IMG/VR virus record: IMGVR_UViG_3300030102_006934
Location: 310,001-374,000 of that record
DNA length: 64,000 bases
Reading direction: 5' to 3' (one strand)
This document shows positions 58,186 to 64,000 of this stretch, one piece after another. Each line of letters opens with the position of its first letter. Position 1 is the first letter of the stretch. A program made the translations under genes and the position numbers. The notes under the pieces are model-generated. The model saw only the letters and a program-made list of their open reading frames with translations. It had not been told where the DNA came from and searched no databases.

Positions 58186-58384
58186 TATGGATAATAATAT
58201 TGATAAAAAATTACTATCTAAAAAAGATGTTATGAACTTACTAGATACTGTCTTTAAAGATAAAATTTTTAATTTTAGGGGGTCCAACAAATTTAAAGTT
58301 TCAGCTAGTAAAGAATATGAGAAGTTGTGTCTCACTTTAGATGATTTAGTTAGACAAAAAGTAGAAGAAAATAAACAAAAATAA
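58178..58384 (+). CDS. Hypothetical protein
   Basis: ORF track. Confidence 0.6.
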   Translation: MTNMDNNIDKKLLSKKDVMNLLDTVFKDKIFNFRGSNKFKVSASKEYEKLCLTLDDLVRQKVEENKQK

Positions 58385-58425
58385 CTAAATAGATTTTTTG
58401 TTTATAAAAGATATTTATTAACGTA

Positions 58426-59058
58426 ATGAGTATTAAAAAAATTATAAGGGAAGAGTTAGAGTCAATGGTTTATTCGGATAAGATTAAGCCCAAACACAAA
58501 AAAAAGATGAGTCGTGAACTTAAGTTTTTTAAAGACTTCCCTATTCGAAAATTTGCTAATATACCACCACCTAAAAACGAATCCATAGAAACTGAAGAAG
58601 AAATAGATTATTTAGAGAGTATACCAGTTAGTAAAAAATTTGTGGACGTGGCAGATGAATTCGAAGATTACTTTGGTGAATTTCTTAAAATTAGAGGATT
58701 AAAATACCCAAAGAAAGAATTATCAGAATTAATAGAAGAGACTAAAACAATAATTCTAAAATTAAAATACCACTATAACAGACCAAGACCATACCAAATA
58801 GCTAATGAAAAAAATATGTCTTTGAATTCTGAAGATTTAGCATCAGCTAAAACACCCTCTTACCCATCTGGACACGCAACACAAGGTACTTTTATTAGTC
58901 GTTATTTAGCCGATTTATACCCAAAATACGAGAAAGAACTTTTAGACATGGGTGAGGATATCGCTTTTAGTAGAAATATGGCAAAAGTACATTACCCAAG
59001 TGACACTGAGTTAGGTAAAATACTTGGTAATGATTTGTATGATTATCTAGGAAAATAG
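58426..59058 (+). CDS. PAP2/acid phosphatase-family protein with IKKIIREE signal
   Basis: KYHYNRPRP, SYPSGH, SRNMAKVHYPSD. Confidence 0.85.
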   Translation: MSIKKIIREELESMVYSDKIKPKHKKKMSRELKFFKDFPIRKFANIPPPKNESIETEEEIDYLESIPVSKKFVDVADEFEDYFGEFLKIRGLKYPKKELSELIEETKTIILKLKYHYNRPRPYQIANEKNMSLNSEDLASAKTPSYPSGHATQGTFISRYLADLYPKYEKELLDMGEDIAFSRNMAKVHYPSDTELGKILGNDLYDYLGK

Positions 59059-59116
59059 TAAAGATAAATCAATCATAATAAAATAGAGTTTTTACACCAC
59101 CATAATATTTATTAGT

Positions 59117-60403
59117 ATGAACTTAAAAACCATCATTAAGTCAGAACTATTATTTGAATCTTTGGAAGATAGGTTAAAATCTGCCTATCGAAAATGGTGT
59201 AAAAAAATGAAATTAAAAGACCAAGACACCCTTGATGATATTAAGAATGCTGATGGTTATGTAGAAGAACTTGATGTATATGCAGAAGAATTTGAGGACC
59301 CTCACAGTAAAATGTACCAAAAAGTTGAAGAACTATACGCCAAGGAAGATTATGAAGGTATACATAATTTGATAGCTGACCACCAATGTAGGGATTTGTA
59401 TATTGGTGCAGTATTTAAAGATTGGCTTTCTTATAGGAACCTAACAAAAAGTTCAGATATATTCCAATATAAAAGTGAGAGAGAACTTGCGGGGGAGTTA
59501 GAGGACGCAAAAGAGAAATCATTTACCAAAAAGTTAAAGAAAGCTTCAGAGGGTGAAGATTTTGATAAAATTTGGGAGAATGATGATATGTTGATTGTTG
59601 TCCCTAAGTCACACGTTGGAGCTTGTAAATTTGGTCAGGGTACTAAATGGTGTACCGCTAGTAAAACTGGTAATTACTTTGATCCTTATTATAAAAAAGG
59701 TATCTTATATAGGGTACTACAAAAAAATGATAATTATAAAGAATTGTTCTCTAATTTTCAGATGAATAATAAGTTAGTCTCTGACATTGAAAACCTAAGT
59801 AAAGTCTCCATAAATCTAAGAAGAAAACAAGACTCTATGTCTATGGTGGATAAAGTAGATTATGCTTTTGGAAATAAATCAACTTTAGAGTTTTTAAACT
59901 CCTTACCTAGTGAAGGTTATAAAGCCATTAAAAATTACCATAGTTTAAACGAACAAAGTATAAAAAATATTATAAGAGAAGAGTTGGATGACTTTGATTG
60001 GGTTAAAAATACTAACCCAATTCCAAATGAAATTTTAGACATAAGTAAGTACCGAGATGGGAATTATAAATTTTGGTTGGGAGATATATCAAAAGAAACT
60101 CAACTACAAATATTGGATTATATAAGTGAGGTGATTAGGGGTGACGATAATTTACATACCAATGGTACATTGTATGAAGTTCGTAAAAGGGTGGATAAAA
60201 ATTTAGTCTCTATTAATTCACTTTTTTTTGAGATTAAACAGGTTGGCTTAAAAAAAGGAATAAATTTATCAATAATGGGTTGGTACCCAAATGACCCACA
60301 TTTTGAAAGAGAAGAAAGATTAGAATATTGTAGAAATTATTTTTATCAAACGGATGATATAAATTTGTCTGATGTAGATTTGGGGGAACAAAATAAAATT
60401 TGA
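59117..60403 (+). CDS. FGQGTKWC-family protein fused to a C-terminal DFDW-tag module
   Basis: GACKFGQGTKWCTAS; internal IKNIIREELDDFDW. Confidence 0.75.
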   Translation: MNLKTIIKSELLFESLEDRLKSAYRKWCKKMKLKDQDTLDDIKNADGYVEELDVYAEEFEDPHSKMYQKVEELYAKEDYEGIHNLIADHQCRDLYIGAVFKDWLSYRNLTKSSDIFQYKSERELAGELEDAKEKSFTKKLKKASEGEDFDKIWENDDMLIVVPKSHVGACKFGQGTKWCTASKTGNYFDPYYKKGILYRVLQKNDNYKELFSNFQMNNKLVSDIENLSKVSINLRRKQDSMSMVDKVDYAFGNKSTLEFLNSLPSEGYKAIKNYHSLNEQSIKNIIREELDDFDWVKNTNPIPNEILDISKYRDGNYKFWLGDISKETQLQILDYISEVIRGDDNLHTNGTLYEVRKRVDKNLVSINSLFFEIKQVGLKKGINLSIMGWYPNDPHFEREERLEYCRNYFYQTDDINLSDVDLGEQNKI

Positions 60404-60472
60404 CGTTCCTTTCAATCGGTATTGAGTGAAATATTGAGTAAATACCCATCTACTAAATAAAGATAAATATAA

Positions 60473-60503
60473 AAAAACCCCCTATCTTATTTAGGGGGTT
60501 TTT
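60473..60503 (+). terminator. Rho-independent terminator
   Basis: AAAAACCCCCTA...TAGGGGTTTTT. Confidence 0.75.
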
Positions 60504-60526
60504 ATGCCTATTAGATATTTATTAGT

Positions 60527-60907
60527 ATGAAGAAAATAATAAAAAGAATTTTAAGAGAAGAATTCAATGATTTTGATTGGATTAAGGACACTGGTGGTGA
60601 TAAATATGTCCCTATAAGAGTTATTCTCAATAAGCTTGATGAGACTTATTATGGGGAAAATCCTAATGAAATTCTAGAATACGAAAATGTTTTCAAAGTA
60701 CCATTAGAAGATTTTGTGAGAATTACAAATAGTACGAATTATACAGACGAGGAATATGAGATTATTACCCCAATAGGTCATAATTTACTTAATTATGCTT
60801 ATGATTGTGAACTTAATCCATTTGTTTGTAAAGAAATTGATGATTTTTTCGATACGGAGGTTGACGAATATATTGAGGGTATAGTATTATTGGATGATAA
60901 TTTTTAA
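60527..60907 (+). CDS. DFDW-tag protein
   Basis: IIKRILREEFNDFDWIKD. Confidence 0.75.
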   Translation: MKKIIKRILREEFNDFDWIKDTGGDKYVPIRVILNKLDETYYGENPNEILEYENVFKVPLEDFVRITNSTNYTDEEYEIITPIGHNLLNYAYDCELNPFVCKEIDDFFDTEVDEYIEGIVLLDDNF

Positions 60908-60914
60908 TTTATAA

Positions 60915-63500
60915 ATGAGAGTTTTAATAAATAAAATATTAAAAGAGTTACATAGTAAAAGTATTATTAAAAAAGTACTTAATGAAAATTACCAGGACGA
61001 AAATATATCACAAGAAGAAAAAAATAGTATCATTGATGAGTATGGGTGGTTAAAAAATGAAGAAAAAATTGAAAGTATTTTAAAAAACCCGCCTTTTTCA
61101 AAGAAAACTAGGACCTATAGAATAGTTAATAGCTATAGGGTTAGGTATATTATATCTAAGGAAATAAAAAAAAATGTATATTTTAATAACGCGGGTTGGG
61201 CTAACTTTGTAAAGAAGGTGGGTCAAGTAATAGGCTTAAAAATAAAAGCAACAGATGATACCGTTTCAAAATTCTTTAAAAATATCGATGAGACCAAAAA
61301 ATATGGTTTAGAGGGGAAACATTTAGAAGATAGAAAAAATACTTCCACGGAGTTAAAAAAGAATTGGAATAAAATAGACCCTGAAGTATACGAAGAAAGA
61401 ATAGAACATACTATTAATTATTTAAAAAATACCAATATTACAGAATTGGAAAATTCAAAGACAAGCTTATTGACACGGTTTTCTTTAATACTAAGATACC
61501 AAGAAGAAATAATGAACTATCTTATTGATTATTTTAAAGATGACCCAAAAATAAGGTTTTATCTTAGTTATCTTAATAAAGGTGGAAAATATTGGGGTAC
61601 ACTTGTAAAATACCAAAAAAAACTAAGTAATGTGCTAGACAACCCTAATATTAGTGAAAAATATGATGACATTGTAGAAATGAAAAAATCATATAAGGCT
61701 ATTATTGAAGAAGAAGCACCTTATTTGTTTAACGAAAAGGGTAATTTTACTAAAAAAGAAAAGGAAATATTAGTAAATTGGTTTAATTTAACAAGTTATG
61801 AACATTCTTTCACAGAATTAGGGTTTTATAAACCAGAAGGAAAAGGTGCGGAGTCTTTAATACATAATCTACACAGTGCAGGTATTAGATACAATGTTAG
61901 TAATGAAATAAAAAATAATACTGATACTGATGACGTTGTAAAATTTGTGATAAACAATATTATTAATTATTTAAAAAACACAAAAGATATAATTAAATAC
62001 GATATTGTTAGTAAAGATACTATAAAAGATATTAATGGAAATGAAGTGATTCCAAAGGGTAGTAAAATAGAGGTTAAAGACATTAAGAATAGTGATAGTT
62101 ATTTTGCTGAATTTTTATCATCACCTGTTAAAAGCGGTTCAGAAATATTGAATAATGAAGTTTATAGAGGAAGGTATAATAAAATAATAGAAGGAATTTA
62201 TAATTGGTTATCTAACGATAGTGTGGGTATGGGTATTAAAAATACTATTAAGTGGTTAATGACTAACGATTTAGAAGGTATAATAATATCTAATAATATC
62301 TATGTCCCTAATAAAGATGGTAACATTGAATTTTATTTATCTAATATTGGTCAAAACAACCCAAAAAATCATATAAGAATTACAATAAGATATAATATTA
62401 ATTTAGATAAATCGAAAAATTTCTATAAAATAGGAGATGGTAAGTGGAAATTAAACGGTAAAGCATCCAAAAAAGGTATTCTTTACCCACTACCAGAAAC
62501 AGAAAGTAATTTAATAAGACCCATAGAGAAACAAATTTATAAAACAATAGAAGAATCTAAGACTAAATCTACAATAAATAAAATATTAAAAGAAGAATTC
62601 GATGATTTCGATTGGATTAAGGACACTTTTACCGAACTAAACAAAAGTGAAAAATGGATGTTGGTTAATGATATAGACCGTGAGAGTATATCGGAAGGTC
62701 ATGAAATACAAAAATATCTATTTGACTTGGGTTATAGTTGGGGTACTGGTGATTTAAAAAATTCACTAAAAGATTTTTGTATCTATACAATATATCATTT
62801 CGGAAATATTAGAAATGATGAACACTTATATTACGGAGATGGTTGTAGAAGTGCTGATATAAGAATTTCAGATAAAGATATTAAAAGTGGTGAACATATA
62901 GTTTATTATTGGAGTGAGTTAAAACCTAAAACAATAAAGGAAGAAAACGATTTTAAATGGATTGATGAACCAAGAAACAACCCATTAGATGGTTTAAGAT
63001 TAACAACACCTATGGGTAGAGCTGGTAGTGGTGGTAGTGGTTTAACAATAAAAGACGATGGTGGTACATATGTTACTGTTACCTCTTCTAACGGTTCTAG
63101 TGAATATCATAGGGGTACTGTTAAAAACTTTATAAGAATGGGTATTTGGTTACCAATAGATTCTATGAATGAATCAGATGATTTTGATTGGGCGAAAGAA
63201 ATAAAACCAACGTTGAATGTTGCCTTTGAAGAAGGTCTGATTAAAGCGGGTGATATTTTGACACTTTCTGGGGAACTAATGGATGATGAAGGAAGACACA
63301 CAATACAAGTTTCAGATTTTAAAATAAAAATAGATCAAATATATGGGCCTAATAGTGTATATAGAGACATCACCAGTTCTCTTTTCATACCACTACAAGA
63401 AAAATATTTCAAACACTTAGGTTATTATGAAAATGAATTTAATGATTCTATCAGATTTGCTAAGAAAGATGGTGAGTTAGAAATATTAGATATATCTTAA
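60915..63500 (+). CDS. Four-module DFDW-tag protein
   Basis: INKILKE repeated; LKEEFDDFDW, IKEENDFKW, MNESDDFDW; large domain paralogous to 49234. Confidence 0.85.
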   Translation: MRVLINKILKELHSKSIIKKVLNENYQDENISQEEKNSIIDEYGWLKNEEKIESILKNPPFSKKTRTYRIVNSYRVRYIISKEIKKNVYFNNAGWANFVKKVGQVIGLKIKATDDTVSKFFKNIDETKKYGLEGKHLEDRKNTSTELKKNWNKIDPEVYEERIEHTINYLKNTNITELENSKTSLLTRFSLILRYQEEIMNYLIDYFKDDPKIRFYLSYLNKGGKYWGTLVKYQKKLSNVLDNPNISEKYDDIVEMKKSYKAIIEEEAPYLFNEKGNFTKKEKEILVNWFNLTSYEHSFTELGFYKPEGKGAESLIHNLHSAGIRYNVSNEIKNNTDTDDVVKFVINNIINYLKNTKDIIKYDIVSKDTIKDINGNEVIPKGSKIEVKDIKNSDSYFAEFLSSPVKSGSEILNNEVYRGRYNKIIEGIYNWLSNDSVGMGIKNTIKWLMTNDLEGIIISNNIYVPNKDGNIEFYLSNIGQNNPKNHIRITIRYNINLDKSKNFYKIGDGKWKLNGKASKKGILYPLPETESNLIRPIEKQIYKTIEESKTKSTINKILKEEFDDFDWIKDTFTELNKSEKWMLVNDIDRESISEGHEIQKYLFDLGYSWGTGDLKNSLKDFCIYTIYHFGNIRNDEHLYYGDGCRSADIRISDKDIKSGEHIVYYWSELKPKTIKEENDFKWIDEPRNNPLDGLRLTTPMGRAGSGGSGLTIKDDGGTYVTVTSSNGSSEYHRGTVKNFIRMGIWLPIDSMNESDDFDWAKEIKPTLNVAFEEGLIKAGDILTLSGELMDDEGRHTIQVSDFKIKIDQIYGPNSVYRDITSSLFIPLQEKYFKHLGYYENEFNDSIRFAKKDGELEILDIS

Positions 63501-63519
63501 ATAACAATTAGTATTTACG

Positions 63520-63546
63520 TACCTCATATTATATGAGGTTTTTTTA
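63520..63546 (+). terminator. Rho-independent terminator
   Basis: ACCTCATA-tta-TATGAGGT plus T-run. Confidence 0.85.
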
Positions 63547-63606
63547 TGCCTAAAATTTGACCGTTTAAAATATTATTAATACATTAGTAATAATTAAAAA
63601 AAGAAA

Positions 63607-63909
63607 ATGAAAAAATATATTGTAATAGAAAGAAGTAGAACAAGAAAATCCTTTGATTTTATCAATGGTGACACTAAAAACTTGGTTGATATATGGCATA
63701 CGAGTTGCCCTTATGAACTATCTGACACTAAAAAAGGTGAGTTGAATCCTTTGTTGTTTGAAAGTAAACAAGATGCTGCCAAGTATAAAAATATACTACA
63801 GTCTGTGGCGAATGAAGATTGGGCGGAGAATAAACACTACCACAAAATGTACGGTGACTCCAAACCAAAATGGAAAGTAGAAGAGTATAATGGTAATTTA
63901 TTTATATAA
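63607..63909 (+). CDS. Hypothetical protein
   Basis: ORF track. Confidence 0.7.
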   Translation: MKKYIVIERSRTRKSFDFINGDTKNLVDIWHTSCPYELSDTKKGELNPLLFESKQDAAKYKNILQSVANEDWAENKHYHKMYGDSKPKWKVEEYNGNLFI

Positions 63910-64000
63910 ACTAGGATAAAAATGGTTCAGAAAAAAATAAACGGAGACTTAATAGAAAAAATAGAAGTATTTGAAGACCCAACTCAGGAGAAAGATTTTA

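Noticed and set aside
867-63301. Short antisense or nested ORFs from the track (e.g. 867, 2099, 2387, 6804, 7502, 10658, 14128, 14539, 15863, 16679, 27965, 28890, 29473, 31001, 35416, 36741, 44643, 45365, 46680, 51339-53225, 54058, 56151, 60234, 63107)
   Set aside because: They overlap better-supported genes and have antisense-like composition with no motifs
18534-63500. DFDW-tag DNA repeats as CRISPR, DGR TR/VR or integron attC sites
   Set aside because: Variation is largely synonymous and protein-constrained; no palindromes, no adenine-specific pattern, and no RT or integrase in the window
1-64000. Alternative genetic code (TAG/TGA recoding) as in some huge phages
   Set aside because: Code 11 gives dense full-length genes; TAG and TGA end recognisable proteins; no suppressor tRNA seen

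Overview
AT-rich, densely coding, mostly + strand segment of a large tailed phage (T4-like/jumbo type), standard genetic code. The host is most likely Bacteroidota, based on TAnnTTTG promoters, a T9SS C-terminal sorting domain, bS21 and a Bacteroidota-style tmRNA. The window holds two tandem Mom-family DNA-modification genes, 7 ordinary tRNAs, a tmRNA, a CCA-adding enzyme, bS21, and auxiliary genes (HD alarmone hydrolase, GH16, PMM-like HAD, RmlC, Tdk, LOG, PrsW, M43 protease, PAP2, RadA-like ATPase, HNH nucleases). The strongest candidate novelties are four. (1) Two tRNA-Gly(TCC) genes share A33 and an identically placed T-stem bulge preserved by compensatory changes; they look like non-translational glycyl donors and may serve the Mom enzymes. 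(2) About 30 copies of an [ILV]-x-E-(S)-x-D-F-D-W tag in 14 genes divide proteins, including a 1578-aa polyprotein, into shuffled ~100-150 aa modules, associated with an N-terminal IKKILKEE signal and an ATATTTAT(A/T) upstream motif. (3) A tRNA-Leu scaffold has its anticodon loop replaced by a ~180-nt structured insert. (4) Several unassigned structured RNAs lie in tRNA/tmRNA spacers. All family calls come from motif recognition by eye; no database searches were run.
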